Origin: Gemmatimonadota bacterium
GTDB taxonomy: Bacteria > Gemmatimonadota > Gemmatimonadetes > Gemmatimonadales > GWC2-71-9
Direction of reading: 5' to 3'
Length of the DNA stretch: 40,196 nt
NCBI GenBank assembly: GCA_003221045.1
Contig: QHUC01000055.1
Location: 1-40,196, forward strand
Part shown: positions 1-15,355 of the stretch, in pieces
How positions within the stretch are numbered: position 1 is the first letter of the stretch
How the letters are laid out: each line of letters starts with the position of its first letter
Notes under the pieces: model-generated
What the model saw: only the letters and a program-made list of their open reading frames with translations
Databases searched by the model: none
What the model was told of the DNA's origin: nothing
Program-made: the position numbers and the translations under genes

Positions 1-1
1 G

Positions 2-1855
2 GTTGGGACAATCGGAGCGGTGGATCGAGATGCCACGCCCCTGGGTGACGTAGCCTACGACCGGGTCGCCCGGCACCGGCTGGCAGCACTGGGCGTAGCG
101 AACCATCAGGCCGTCCACTCCCTGAATCTTGATGCCGCGACCGAGCCGGAGCCGCTCGATCACGCGCCCGAACGCCGTGGGTTTGGGTGCCTGCAGCTCT
201 TCGGCGGGAAGGTCGGGGTAGAGCGCCCGCATTACGGTGCCGAGCGCGATGTCCCCCCGCCCCACCGCTGCCTGGAGCTGCTCCGCGCTCCCCACCGAGA
301 GCGCGGCCGCCGCCGCGCGCAGCCGCGCATCATCGGGCGCGTCGAGCCGGCGCCGCCGGACTTCGCGCGCGAGGATCTCCTGCCCCAGCTCGAGGCTCTT
401 CTCGTGCTCTTCCTGGCGGATCCACTGACGGATCTTGTGCCGGGCGCGCGCCGTCTGCACGTGCGCGAGCCAGTCCCGGGAGGGCTTGGCCTGCGGGCTC
501 GTCATCACCTCCACCGTGTCGCCGTTCTTGAGCGGCCGGTGCAGCGGTGCGATGCGGCCGTTGATGCGGGCACCCTGGCAGTGCTGGCCTACCTCCGTGT
601 GCACGGCGAACGCGAGGTCGATCGGCGTGGCGCCTTTGGGCAAACGCTTGACGTCGCCACGCGGCGTGAAGACGAAGATCTCGTCCTGATAGAGGTCGAC
701 CTTCAGGAACTCGAGGAACTCCTCGGGCGTGTGGGTGTCCTGCTGGAGCTCGAGCAGCTGCCGGAACCAGGCCAAATGGCGGTCGAGCTCGTCCGGACTC
801 TTCCCGCCCTCCTTGAACAGCCAGTGGGCTGCGATGCCGTACTCCGCGGTGTGGTGCATCTCGCGGGTACGGATCTGGATCTCGTAGAGCTGGCCACTCG
901 GTCCGAAGACCGTGGTATGCAGGGACTGGTAGCCGTTCGACTTGGGGCTCGCGATGTAGTCCTTGATGCGCTCCTGCAACGGCGTCCACTTATGGTGAAT
1001 GACGCCCAGGACGTGGTAGCACTCGGGGATATTGTTCACGAGCACGCGTACCGCGAGGAGATCGTAGATCTCTTCGAACGGCTTGTCCCGCTTCTTCATT
1101 TTCTTATAGATCGACCAGAGATTCTTCGGACGGCCGGTAATCTCCGCCTCGGTGAGCCCGGCGCTCTTCAATTCCTCCGCGAGCGGCTCGCGCAGGCGCT
1201 CGATGGTCTGCTCACGCTCAACCTTCCGTGCCCGCACCTTCCGGGACAGCGCCCGGTAGTCCTCGGGCTCGAGGAACTTAAACGCCAGGTCTTCGAGCTC
1301 GGCCTTCACGCCCGCCATGCCGAAGCGGTGGGCCAGCGGCGCGTAGATCTCGCGGGTCTCGAGCGCGATCCGACGACGCTTCTCCGGGTCTAGGTGCTCG
1401 AGGGTCCGCATGTTGTGCAGGCGGTCGGCGAGTTTGATGATGATCACCCGCGCGTCTTTCGCGACCGAGAGCAACAGCTTGCGGTAGTTTTCTGCCTGCT
1501 CTTCCGCCGTCGACCGGAACGTGAGCGTCGACAGCTTTGTGAGGCCGTCCACCAGCTCCGCGACCTCGGGACCGAACGTGCCGCGAATATCCTCGATCGA
1601 GATGTCGGAGTCCTCCACGACGTCGTGCAGCAGCGCGGCGGCGATGGTGATCGAGTCCATCTGCTGCTCGGCGAGAATGGTGGCGACGGCCACCGAGTGC
1701 GACACGTAGTCGTCGCCCGATTGCCGTTTCTGGCCCCGGTGCGCCTGGGCGCTCATCCGGTAGGCCCGCGCCAGGAGATCGAGGTCGAGGCGGTCGCGCT
1801 GCTGCGCGACCGCCCGGGCGAGCTCGGGTGCGAGGAGGGGGGCGGTGCTGGTCAC
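2..1855 (-). CDS. relA: Bifunctional (p)ppGpp synthetase/hydrolase RelA/SpoT, 3' end beyond the window
   Basis: Translated by hand from GTG at 1855 (absent from the ORF track because there is no stop in the window): AHRGQKRQSGDDYVSH, LLHDVVED (HD hydrolase), IKLADRLHNMRTL, and C-terminal CCQPVPGD...GYVTQGRGISIHRSDCPN. Confidence 0.95.
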   Translation of the reverse strand, partial: MTSTAPLLAPELARAVAQQRDRLDLDLLARAYRMSAQAHRGQKRQSGDDYVSHSVAVATILAEQQMDSITIAAALLHDVVEDSDISIEDIRGTFGPEVAELVDGLTKLSTLTFRSTAEEQAENYRKLLLSVAKDARVIIIKLADRLHNMRTLEHLDPEKRRRIALETREIYAPLAHRFGMAGVKAELEDLAFKFLEPEDYRALSRKVRARKVEREQTIERLREPLAEELKSAGLTEAEITGRPKNLWSIYKKMKKRDKPFEEIYDLLAVRVLVNNIPECYHVLGVIHHKWTPLQERIKDYIASPKSNGYQSLHTTVFGPSGQLYEIQIRTREMHHTAEYGIAAHWLFKEGGKSPDELDRHLAWFRQLLELQQDTHTPEEFLEFLKVDLYQDEIFVFTPRGDVKRLPKGATPIDLAFAVHTEVGQHCQGARINGRIAPLHRPLKNGDTVEVMTSPQAKPSRDWLAHVQTARARHKIRQWIRQEEHEKSLELGQEILAREVRRRRLDAPDDARLRAAAAALSVGSAEQLQAAVGRGDIALGTVMRALYPDLPAEELQAPKPTAFGRVIERLRLGRGIKIQGVDGLMVRYAQCCQPVPGDPVVGYVTQGRGISIHRSDCPN

Positions 1856-1861
1856 GAATGG

Positions 1862-1890
1862 AGGATGGCGAGACCAGGCAGCCCAGTCAA
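1862..1890 (-). promoter_or_regulatory. Putative sigma70 promoter of relA, likely leaderless
   Basis: TTGACT-17 nt-CATCCT-6 nt-GTG start, with no Shine-Dalgarno sequence. Confidence 0.55.
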
Positions 1891-1945
1891 CGCGGGGTAC
1901 CAGGCCACCCAGGGCGGACGACGCAGCCGGTTGCGGCGCCTATCC

Positions 1946-2629
1946 TTACAGCAGCCCGGCCTCCGCAAAGCTCAGGTATCGGTCCCCCCCGACGATCACG
2001 TGGTCGTAGACCGGCACATCGAGGAGGCGCCCCGCATCCACGAGTTGCCGCGTCACCGACCGGTCGTCCGCGGAGGGGGTTGGGTCACCGCTCGGATGGT
2101 TATGCACGACGATGATCCCCGCCGCCGCCTCGGCGATCGCCGCGCGAAACACCTCCCGTGGATGCACCAGGGAGCTGTTCAGGATCCCGCGAGTGATCAA
2201 CAGATCGCCGAGCACCTGGCTCTGGCTGCCGAGGGCGAGGACGTGGAATTCCTCCACGGCCACGTCGCGGAACCGGGGCGCGTAGAAGCGCCGCACGTCG
2301 GCCGGGCCGCGGATTCGCTCGGGCGGCGGCTCCTGCTCCGCGCCCACGCGTCGCCCGAGCTCGAGCGCGGCCGCCACCCGCGCCGCCTTGCTGCGGCCCA
2401 CCCCCGGCACGAGCGCCAGCTCCGCCGACGGGCGGCCGGCCAGCCGGCGCAACGAACCGTCCACGCGTGCCAGCACGGCGCCGGCGACCGCGAGCGCGTC
2501 CTGCCCCGCGCACCCCGTCCCCAAGAGAACGGCGAGGAGCTCCTGGCCCGTCAGCGCGGACGGACCCACACTCCATAGTCGCTCGCGCGGGCGGTCACGC
2601 TCGGGACGCTCGGACAGACGCAGCACCAT
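1946..2629 (-). CDS. radC: RadC/JAB (UPF0758) family protein
   Basis: C-terminal part of the 883-aa ORF, from ATG 2629: RPRERL, HhH motif GVGRSKA, VHPREVF, HNHPSGDPTPSADD (JAMM), DHVIVG. Confidence 0.92.
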   Translation of the reverse strand: MVLRLSERPERDRPRERLWSVGPSALTGQELLAVLLGTGCAGQDALAVAGAVLARVDGSLRRLAGRPSAELALVPGVGRSKAARVAAALELGRRVGAEQEPPPERIRGPADVRRFYAPRFRDVAVEEFHVLALGSQSQVLGDLLITRGILNSSLVHPREVFRAAIAEAAAGIIVVHNHPSGDPTPSADDRSVTRQLVDAGRLLDVPVYDHVIVGGDRYLSFAEAGLL

Positions 2630-2714
2630 GCGGCCAACGTAGCGCCGGCCGACTGAGCCGGGGTACCCGAGGAGCGCGGGCGGGGGCCGGAAAAACCCGC
2701 CCCGCTTCTCTGCT

Positions 2715-7830
<5,116 letters not shown>

Positions 7831-7837
7831 CAACCCT

Positions 7838-8401
7838 CTATTCGCGATACAGCCCATACGCGGCGATGTACTCGCGCACCGCCTCGGGCACCAGATAGCG
7901 GATGGAGCGTCCCTGCCGCACGCGCTCTCGGATCATGGTAGCCGAGACGTCGAGCGCCGGCACCTCGACCACGCGCCGAATGGCCGGGTGCCGCGTGAGC
8001 GGCGCACCCGGCCGGGCAAAGACCACGACGTCCGCGAGGTCGGGGAGCGCGTCCACGTCGTGCCACGCCCCGAGGTCGCGGGCGGCATCCGTCCCCAACA
8101 ACAACGTGAATCGGTTCCCGGGCTCCCGTTCGGCGAGCGCGCGGAGCGTGCGCACGGTATACGACGGCGCTGCCAGGCCGAGCTCGATCCGCTCGACCCC
8201 GAGCCGCGGATTCCCGGCGACGGCCAGCTCGAGCATCCGGGCGCGCTGGTCGGGGGTCGCGACGTGCGCCGCCCGCTTGAAGGGCTGCTCCCGGGCGGGG
8301 AGAAACCGCAGCGTGACGCCCAGCGCCTCGCCCGCCGCTTCCGCCACCACCAGGTGGCCGACGTGCACGGGATCGAACGAGCCGCCGAACAGGGCCTCCA
8401 C
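7838..8401 (-). CDS. nadD: Nicotinate-nucleotide adenylyltransferase
   Basis: [11 protein letters not shown] (HxGH), [25 protein letters not shown]. Confidence 0.95.
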   Translation of the reverse strand: MEALFGGSFDPVHVGHLVVAEAAGEALGVTLRFLPAREQPFKRAAHVATPDQRARMLELAVAGNPRLGVERIELGLAAPSYTVRTLRALAEREPGNRFTLLLGTDAARDLGAWHDVDALPDLADVVVFARPGAPLTRHPAIRRVVEVPALDVSATMIRERVRQGRSIRYLVPEAVREYIAAYGLYRE

Positions 8402-8407
8402 GCGCGG

Positions 8408-9157
8408 TCAGGAAGGCGCGGCGGCGCTCGAGTCGGCCGGACAAGATTTGTCGAGACCTTCGGTCTGTGGGAAGAAACGCCGCAGGTGCTCGCACGTCTC
8501 CTTCAGCTCGTCGGCATAGCCGATGACGCGATAGCTGTCGACGAGCCGCATCAACGCGTCGGGAACGCGGCTCGTCCCCGCGTAATTGGCAATCACGTCC
8601 TTGAAGTAGATGATCGCGGAATCGAACGCGCGGCGTTTGAAATAGAACATCCCGTTCTTGTAGTCCTTTTGGGAGAACCACTCGCGCAGCTGTCGCACGT
8701 GGACCTGCCCGCGGGCGGCCGCCTCCGTCCCCGGGTAGCGTCCCCCGAGCTCCTGGTAAATGGCCAGGGCTGTCTCCCCGTACGAGGGATCGAGCTCGGG
8801 GTCCTTCCAGAGCCGCACGTTGGCGTCGCCGGCGCGGAGCAGCGCCAGGGCGGCATAGTCGCTCGTGGGGAACTGGTCCGCGACCTGACGGAAATCGTGA
8901 GCCGCCTGCACCCGATCCCCGGTCTGGAAGTAGCACTCCGCCAGGTCGTATTGCACCTCGGCCATCTCGGGCTGGGTGGGCCCGATCTCGTACGCGAGCC
9001 GCCTGAAGAGCACCAGCGCCTTGTTGAACTTGCCCTGGCGGAGGAGCGCCCGGGCGCGCGTCAGATCGGCGACGGGGTCCGGCGCCGGCATCACGCGTGG
9101 GCCGTGGTGGCAGGCGGCCGCGACGACGGTGGCGGCGATCAGACAGAGGCGACGCAT
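8408..9157 (-). CDS. bamD: Outer membrane protein assembly lipoprotein BamD-like
   Basis: Lipobox AAAC after a signal peptide from ATG 9157, TPR helices, FPTSDYA, YFKRRAFDSAIIYF. Confidence 0.8.
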   Translation of the reverse strand: MRRLCLIAATVVAAACHHGPRVMPAPDPVADLTRARALLRQGKFNKALVLFRRLAYEIGPTQPEMAEVQYDLAECYFQTGDRVQAAHDFRQVADQFPTSDYAALALLRAGDANVRLWKDPELDPSYGETALAIYQELGGRYPGTEAAARGQVHVRQLREWFSQKDYKNGMFYFKRRAFDSAIIYFKDVIANYAGTSRVPDALMRLVDSYRVIGYADELKETCEHLRRFFPQTEGLDKSCPADSSAAAPS

Positions 9158-9162
9158 GGTCC

Positions 9163-10083
9163 TCACGGTTGTTTCGGCGGGGCCGGCGACGGTGCGTCCG
9201 CCTTCCCCAGCGCATTGATCTTCTGCTGCGCGCGCTGCGTGATCGTGTCTCCGGGGGTGCCCCCGGTCAGCGCCTGCTGATAATTCTCGAGGGCCGCCGC
9301 GACGTCGCCCTGGGCCAGCTTCACGTCGCCCAGGCCGATGAACGCCCCGCGGACCACATCCGCCGGTGCGCCGGGCGCGCTGGCGCGGCGAAACCAGTCC
9401 TCCGCCTCCGCCGGCTTGCCGGCGTCGAGCAGGCGCTGGCCTTCGACCAACGAGCACAGACCCAATCCCTCGCGCGCTTCGTCCGCCACGGCGGGCTCGC
9501 GCTGCCGCCGGATGACGCCCTCGAATACGGGGACCGCCGTGCCGCAGTCGCGCGCCCGCACGGCGCTCATCCCGTACACATACAGGAGCGAGTCGGTCAT
9601 GCGCGCATCCCCCGCGGCCGCGGCGGCACCCGGCAACAAGGCCATCGCTCCCGCCGTGTCGCCGCGATCGGCCGCATCGAGGGCCGCGAGTCGGGCGTAG
9701 CGGCCCAGCGGCCGACTCGGAGCCGCTGTCCGGAGGCCCGCCAGGCCCCGCGCCGCGTCGGTCCGATCGTTGGCGGCGAGCGCCGCACGGGCCACGCGCT
9801 CCAGGCCATCAGCGGCCTCTCCCGCCCGCGACCGGTCGGCCTGTGCAAGGGCGATGTAGGCATCCACGGCGGTGGCAAAGTCGCCGACATGCAGGGCCGC
9901 GGCGCCCGCTTTGGCGTTGAGACTTCCGCTCGAGGGATCCACCTTCAGGCCGAGCTGATACTCCGCCAGGGCGTCGCGGTAAGCTCCCGCGGCGTAGGCG
10001 CGGTCTCCGAGTTCTTCGTGGTCAGCGGCGCTCGGCTGGCACGCGAGGCCTACCACCACGCCCAAGGTCACCCAGCGTCTCAC
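9163..10083 (-). CDS. TPR-repeat lipoprotein, function unknown
   Basis: Lipobox GLAC and TPR-like helices (LGDRAYAAGAYRDALAEY, LGDVKLAQGDVAAALENY). Confidence 0.7.
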   Translation of the reverse strand: MRRWVTLGVVVGLACQPSAADHEELGDRAYAAGAYRDALAEYQLGLKVDPSSGSLNAKAGAAALHVGDFATAVDAYIALAQADRSRAGEAADGLERVARAALAANDRTDAARGLAGLRTAAPSRPLGRYARLAALDAADRGDTAGAMALLPGAAAAAGDARMTDSLLYVYGMSAVRARDCGTAVPVFEGVIRRQREPAVADEAREGLGLCSLVEGQRLLDAGKPAEAEDWFRRASAPGAPADVVRGAFIGLGDVKLAQGDVAAALENYQQALTGGTPGDTITQRAQQKINALGKADAPSPAPPKQP

Positions 10084-10913
10084 GATTTCTTCTTGCGCCC
10101 CCCGCCCCTATTCCCATCCCCCTCGCCACCCCGCGCGCGGTCGGACCGGGTCGGGGGGGGTGACTCGTGGTCACCCGACTCTCCGCCGGACATGGCCATG
10201 GACACCGCGGTGTCGTTACGCGCCAGCATGGCGAGATAGGCCTCCACCCTCGGATCCTCCGGCCGGCGTTCGCGGCAATCCTCCCACACGGCTTTGGCGG
10301 CGAGCCCGTCCCCGGCGAGGTAACAGGCGAGCCCGAGCATCGCGGCGGCATCGAGGTAGGTGGGCCGCGCCCGGACGATGATCTCGAAGTGCTCGCGCGC
10401 ATCGAGGGCCCGGCCGGCCTCGAGGAGCATGCGCCCCAGCTTATACCGCAAATCGTGAAACGCGGGTCCGAGTGCCAACGCCGCGTGGTACTGATCGATG
10501 GCCCGTCCCAGACCACCGGCCTCGAGGTACGCGTCCCCCAGGCGGGCATGTTGGTTCGCCAGCTTGGCGGCCACGTGCGCCGCGAACCCCTGGCGCGGCT
10601 CACCCCCGACCTGGGCGGCCCGCCGGAACGCTGCGTCCGCCTCCGCTTCGCGGCCGAGCTCGTTCAGGACGATGGCCCGGTGCACGAGGGCCTCTATGTA
10701 TTGCGGGTTCAGCGCAAGCGCCCGGTCGAGCTGGGCCAGCGCCTGCTCCGGCTGCCCGACCAGCGTGTAAGACAATCCGAGCAGATGATGCGCGTCGGCG
10801 AACGCGCGTCCGGTCGCGACCACATCCTCGAGGAGGTGGATCGCCCCGTAGTAGTCCTGCAGCTGAAATCGCTCTCGCGCCTGTCCGACGAGATGTTCAG
10901 GACTTACGTCCAT
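10080..10913 (-). CDS. TPR-repeat protein with a low-complexity charged tail
   Basis: Repeated TPR units (AHHLLGLSYTLVGQPEQALAQLDRALALNPQY and others). 4-nt overlap with the next gene. Confidence 0.8.
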   Translation of the reverse strand: MDVSPEHLVGQARERFQLQDYYGAIHLLEDVVATGRAFADAHHLLGLSYTLVGQPEQALAQLDRALALNPQYIEALVHRAIVLNELGREAEADAAFRRAAQVGGEPRQGFAAHVAAKLANQHARLGDAYLEAGGLGRAIDQYHAALALGPAFHDLRYKLGRMLLEAGRALDAREHFEIIVRARPTYLDAAAMLGLACYLAGDGLAAKAVWEDCRERRPEDPRVEAYLAMLARNDTAVSMAMSGGESGDHESPPPTRSDRARGGEGDGNRGGGRKKKS

Positions 10914-11722
10914 GGGTCGCCTCGTACCAGCGAACGAACAGTCGAATACCTTCCTCGATCCCTACCGTGGGCCGATAGCCGAGCTCGCGTTCCGCGCGCC
11001 GCAGGTCGGCCGCGGTGAGCCGCACGTCCCCCGGCTGGTCGCCGTGGCGTTCGATGCGCACGTCCTGCCGCAGGGTCCGTCCGATCAGGTCGATCAGCCG
11101 GTCGAGCCGCACGCGCTCCCCGCCGCCGATGTTGATGGGCTCGGCGACCCCGGCTGCCCGCGGCCGGCCGGTCCACTCCACGGCGGACAGGACGCCATCC
11201 ACGCAGTCCGTAATATAGGTATAGTCCCGCTCGCTCGACCCATCGCCGTGCATGCGGACCGGCTGCCCCTCGGCGATGAGGCGGGTGAAACGATGGATGG
11301 CCAGATCGGGCCGCTGGCGGGGCCCGTAGACGGTGAAGAACCGCAGGCAGGCGATCTGAAGACCGTACAGATGCGCGAAGGCCTGCGCCATGAGCTCCCC
11401 GGCCCGCTTGCTCGCCGCGTACGGCGAGATCGCTGTAGGAGGCGGGGTCCTCGAGGGACGGTCGGACGCCGGGGCGCGCCGCGAGGTGCAGCACGACCAA
11501 CACGCCGTCGAGCGGCAAGCCGTCACGCACAATGTCGACCTCGACGAAGCGGAACCCCGCCGTGCGTCGCAGCCCCTCGAGATTTCGCTCCTTCACGGCG
11601 CGCTCGTAGAATGGATCGAAGTTATCGAGGCCCACCACCTCGTCTCCCCGGGCCAGCAGCGCCTCACAGACGTGCGAGCCGATGAAGCCGGCCGCGCCCG
11701 TCACGAGGATCCGGGGGCTCAC
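10897..11722 (-). pseudogene. NAD-dependent nucleotide-sugar epimerase (UDP-glucuronate 4-epimerase-like) with an apparent deletion/frameshift at about 11430
   Basis: ILVTGAAGFIG...HLAARPGVRPSLEDPASY in one frame, then ISPYAASKRAGE...LRFFTVYGPRQRPDLAI in another. The SSSSVYG segment is absent. Confidence 0.85.
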
Positions 11723-12651
11723 CTCAAGAGCCCGCGAAAGTACTCGATGGTCCGGCGAAGACCTTCTTCCAGGGATACCTTCGGCTCCCAACCGAGCGTC
11801 TCGCGAGCGCGCTGGATATCGGGTTGGCGGACCTTTGGATCGTCGGTGGGGAGGGGCTCGACCGTGATCGGACTCGCACTGCCCGTGAGCTTCAGCACGA
11901 GCTCGGCCAACTGCCGCACGGTGAACTCGTCCGGGTTCCCGATATTCGTCGGCTCGGGTGCTCCACGCTCGAACAAGCGTACAATCCCTTCAATGAGGTC
12001 GTCGACATAACAGAACGAGCGAGTCTGGGAGCCGTCCCCGTACACGGTGAGCGGCTCGGCCTTCAACGCCTGGACGATGAAGTTCGACACGACGCGCCCG
12101 TCGTGGGGTCGCATGCGGGGGCCGTAGGTGTTGAAGATTCGGGCGATGCGCGTATCGAGCTCGTGGGAGCGATGGTACGCCATGGTCAAGGCTTCGGCGA
12201 AACGCTTGGCCTCGTCGTATACGCCCCGCGGCCCGACTGGATTGACGTTGCCCCAGTAGCTCTCGGGCTGGGGGTGGACCAGCGGGTCGCCATATACCTC
12301 GGAGGTGGAGGCGAGCAGCAGGCGTGCGCCCTTCGCCTTGGCGAGGCCGAGGGCTTTGTGGGTGCCGAGCGACCCGACCTTCAACGTCTGAATCGGGAGC
12401 TCCAGGTAATCGACGGGGCTCGCGGGGCTGGCGAAGTGGAACACGCCCTCGAGCGGTCCCGGGACCTCGATGAAGTTCGCGACGTCGTGGAGAACGAACT
12501 GAAAGTTGGGGTGACTCTTGAGGTGCTCGAGGTTTGTCTTGTTGCCGGTGCTGAAATTGTCCATGCCGACCACGCGGTGGCCCAGGGCCAGCAGTCGGTC
12601 GCACAGGTGCGAGCCGAGAAAGCCGCCGGCGCCGGTTACGAGGACGCGCAT
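11719..12651 (-). CDS. UDP-glucuronate decarboxylase (UDP-xylose synthase) family SDR
   Basis: [55 protein letters not shown]. Confidence 0.9.
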   Translation of the reverse strand: MRVLVTGAGGFLGSHLCDRLLALGHRVVGMDNFSTGNKTNLEHLKSHPNFQFVLHDVANFIEVPGPLEGVFHFASPASPVDYLELPIQTLKVGSLGTHKALGLAKAKGARLLLASTSEVYGDPLVHPQPESYWGNVNPVGPRGVYDEAKRFAEALTMAYHRSHELDTRIARIFNTYGPRMRPHDGRVVSNFIVQALKAEPLTVYGDGSQTRSFCYVDDLIEGIVRLFERGAPEPTNIGNPDEFTVRQLAELVLKLTGSASPITVEPLPTDDPKVRQPDIQRARETLGWEPKVSLEEGLRRTIEYFRGLLR

Positions 12652-13955
12652 GCCACGGGGCGCCCGATGCTCTCATAGATGAATCCCAAGCGTGCCATCC
12701 GCTGTGGATCGTACAGGTTGCGCCCGTCCACGATCAGGGACCGGGACAGCGCGCGTTTGATGCGCTCGAAGTCGGGGTTGCGGTACTCGAGCCATTCGGT
12801 CACGATGGCGAGTGCGGCCGCGCCCTCGACGGCGCCGTACGCATTGGCTGCGTACGTCACGCGGTCGCCCAGGTGGCGGCGCGCGGACGCGGCCGCCGCC
12901 GGGTCGTGCACGCGCACGCGAGCTCCGGCCTCCAGCAGCTGCTCCACCAGCACGAGCGCCGGACTCTCCCGCACGTCGTCGGTCTCCGCTTTGAACGCCA
13001 GCCCCCACACGCCGATCGTGGCACCGCGCAGGTCGGGTCCCAGCCGCCGCTCCAGCTTCTCGAACAGGACCCGCTTCTGCCGCTCGTTGGCGGACTCGAC
13101 TGCCTGAAGGATCTCGAGCTGCACGCCGCGGTCCTGCCCGATCCGAATCATCGCTTTCACATCCTTCGGAAAGCACGATCCCCCATACCCCGGCCCGGGA
13201 AAGAGGAACGCCGGTCCGATCCGTCGGTCCGTCCCGATCCCCTTGCGGACGAGCGTGATGTCCGCGCCGACGGCGTCGCACAGTCGGGCGACCTGGTTCA
13301 TGAACGAAATCCGGGTCGCCAGCATCGCGTTGGCGGCGTACTTGGTCATCTCGGCCGACGGGAGGTCCATGAAAATGATCGGGTTGCCGGTCCGCACGAA
13401 CGGCGCGTACAGCTGGCTGATCACGTCCGCGGCGTCCGCCGAGTCCACGCCGACCACGACGCGATCGGGCTTCATGAAGTCTTCGACCGCGGCGCCTTCC
13501 TTGAGAAACTCGGGATTCGCGCAGACCTGGAACGGGGTCGTAGTGTGCTTGGCGATCTCGGCGCGGACCCGCTCCGCGGTGCCGACCGGCACGGTACTCT
13601 TGGTGACCACCAGCTTTGGCCGGTCCATGTGCCGGCCGATGGTGAGCGCGACGTCAAGCACATGCTGCAGGTCGGCCGACCCGTCCTCGTCGGGCGGTGT
13701 CCCGACGGCGATGAACACCACGTCGGCGTGTTCGATCGCGCCGCCCACGTCGGTCGTGAACTGGAGCCGTCCGTCCCGCTGATTGCGAATCACCAGGGGC
13801 TCGAGCCCGGGCTCGTGAATCGGTAGGCGGTTCTGTTTGAGGCTGTCGATCTTGGCGCCATCCACGTCCGCGCAGAGGACGTCGTTCCCCGTTTCGGCGA
13901 GGCACGCGCCCGCAACCAGCCCGACATACCCCGTGCCGACGACCGCGATCTTCAC
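12636..13955 (-). CDS. ugd: UDP-glucose 6-dehydrogenase
   Basis: [47 protein letters not shown]. Confidence 0.93.
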   Translation of the reverse strand: MKIAVVGTGYVGLVAGACLAETGNDVLCADVDGAKIDSLKQNRLPIHEPGLEPLVIRNQRDGRLQFTTDVGGAIEHADVVFIAVGTPPDEDGSADLQHVLDVALTIGRHMDRPKLVVTKSTVPVGTAERVRAEIAKHTTTPFQVCANPEFLKEGAAVEDFMKPDRVVVGVDSADAADVISQLYAPFVRTGNPIIFMDLPSAEMTKYAANAMLATRISFMNQVARLCDAVGADITLVRKGIGTDRRIGPAFLFPGPGYGGSCFPKDVKAMIRIGQDRGVQLEILQAVESANERQKRVLFEKLERRLGPDLRGATIGVWGLAFKAETDDVRESPALVLVEQLLEAGARVRVHDPAAAASARRHLGDRVTYAANAYGAVEGAAALAIVTEWLEYRNPDFERIKRALSRSLIVDGRNLYDPQRMARLGFIYESIGRPVACASS

Positions 13956-15355
13956 CGCGCTCCGCCCTTACGCCGCGCTTTCTCGAGCGCGTTTCGTGTG
14001 TCGACGATCACGCGGCTGCACCGCTCCACGAGCGCGTAGTCCACCTCGGTGTGATCGGTCACGATCACGACACAGTCGGCCGCGGCGATGGTCTCCGAGG
14101 TCAGCGGGAGCGACGTGAGGTCGATAGCCTCGTCCTTCAGCTTCCGGACGTGGGGGTCGTGATACGAAACCACGGCGCCTCGCCGCTGCAAGAGTCGAAT
14201 CACGTCCAGCGCCGGGCTCTCGCGGATGTCGTCGATGTCCTTCTTGTAGGCGACGCCCAGAACCAGCACCTTGCTGCCCCGCACCGCGCGTCCCTGTTCG
14301 TTGAGGAGGTCGACCACGCGCCCGACCCAGTACTCGGGCATCGCCGCATTGATCTCGCCCGCGAGCTCGATGAACCGGGTCCGGTAGTTCAGCGTGCGCA
14401 TCTTCCACGCCAGGTAGTGCGGATCGAGCGGAATGCAATGGCCGCCGACCCCGGGCCCGGGCATGAACTTCATGAACCCGAACGGCTTGGTGGCCGCGGC
14501 CTCGATGACCTCCCACACGCTGACGCCGAGCTTGTCGCATACAATTGCCATCTCGTTGACGAGCCCGATGTTCACGCTGCGGAACGTGTTCTCGAGGATC
14601 TTGACCAGCTCGGCCGCCTCCGTGGACGAGACCGGCACGAGCCGCTCGATCGCCGGCTCGTATACGGCCGTCGCCACCCGGCGACACGCCTCGGTGATAC
14701 CGCCAACGATCTTCGGCGTGTTGTGGGTGTTCCACTCGGGGTTGCCGGGGTCCACCCGCTCCGGAGAGAACGCGAGGAAGAAATCCTCACCCACTTTGAG
14801 TCCGGTCGCCTCGAGCGCCGGCAGCAACAACTCGCGCGTGGTGCCCGGGTAGGTGGTGGACTCGAGAACGATGAGCTGGCCGCGGCGCAGGGCCTGCTTG
14901 ACGGAGTTCGTCGCAGCGAGCACGTAGCTCACGTCGGGATCTTTCGTCTTCGACAGGGGTGTCGGCACGCAGATGGATACCACGTCCGGCTCGCGCAGTC
15001 GGGTCAGATCCGTGGTCGCCGCGAAGGCCCCCGCCTTGACGAATCCGGCCAGCTGCGCGCCCGGCACGTCCTGCACGTGGGAGCGCCCCTGATTCAGTCC
15101 GTCGACGACGTTGTTGCTGACATCGAAGCCCAGGACGCGGAAGCCCACGCGAGCGAACTCCATCGCCAGCGGGAGGCCCACGTACCCGAGGCCGACGATC
15201 CCGATCAGCGCGGAGCGGTCCTTGGCCTTCGCAACGAGGAGGTCGGCGCCGGACGCGGCGGGCGCAGCGGGCGCGGCGGGGGCGGCGGGGGCGGGGGGAG
15301 CGGCGGGAGCGGGGGCGCCGGCGGGCCCGGGGGAGCGTGCCGAGGGCGGGCTCAT
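13952..15355 (-). CDS. UDP-N-acetyl-hexosamine 6-dehydrogenase (WbpA/WbpO-like) with a Pro/Ala-rich N-terminal extension
   Basis: GLGYVGLPLA, CVPTP, ESTTYPGTT, FSPERVDPG, GPGVGGHCIPLDP. ATGA overlap with the upstream gene. Confidence 0.9.
   Translation of the reverse strand: MSPPSARSPGPAGAPAPAAPPAPAAPAAPAAPAASGADLLVAKAKDRSALIGIVGLGYVGLPLAMEFARVGFRVLGFDVSNNVVDGLNQGRSHVQDVPGAQLAGFVKAGAFAATTDLTRLREPDVVSICVPTPLSKTKDPDVSYVLAATNSVKQALRRGQLIVLESTTYPGTTRELLLPALEATGLKVGEDFFLAFSPERVDPGNPEWNTHNTPKIVGGITEACRRVATAVYEPAIERLVPVSSTEAAELVKILENTFRSVNIGLVNEMAIVCDKLGVSVWEVIEAAATKPFGFMKFMPGPGVGGHCIPLDPHYLAWKMRTLNYRTRFIELAGEINAAMPEYWVGRVVDLLNEQGRAVRGSKVLVLGVAYKKDIDDIRESPALDVIRLLQRRGAVVSYHDPHVRKLKDEAIDLTSLPLTSETIAAADCVVIVTDHTEVDYALVERCSRVIVDTRNALEKARRKGGAR
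15252..15326. repeat. Degenerate 9-nt tandem repeat encoding (PAA)n
   Basis: Units like gcgggcgcg/gcgggggcg, translating to PAGAPAPAAPPAPAAPAAPAAPAAS. Confidence 0.6.

Noticed and set aside
1946-2629. RadC JAB domain as part of the ubiquitin-like system or a defence system
   Set aside because: It is a standard full-length housekeeping-type RadC about 28 kb from the carrier/E1 cluster, and no E2 or CBASS-type genes are present.
2676-2710. Terminator hairpin between the ligase and radC
   Set aside because: The stem is imperfect and there is no properly placed U-tract, so support is too weak.
10148-10174. Similarity to 36096-36121 (GGGTCGGGnnnGGTGACTCG...TCAC)
   Set aside because: Short G-rich match with only two copies, which cannot be told from chance in high-GC DNA.
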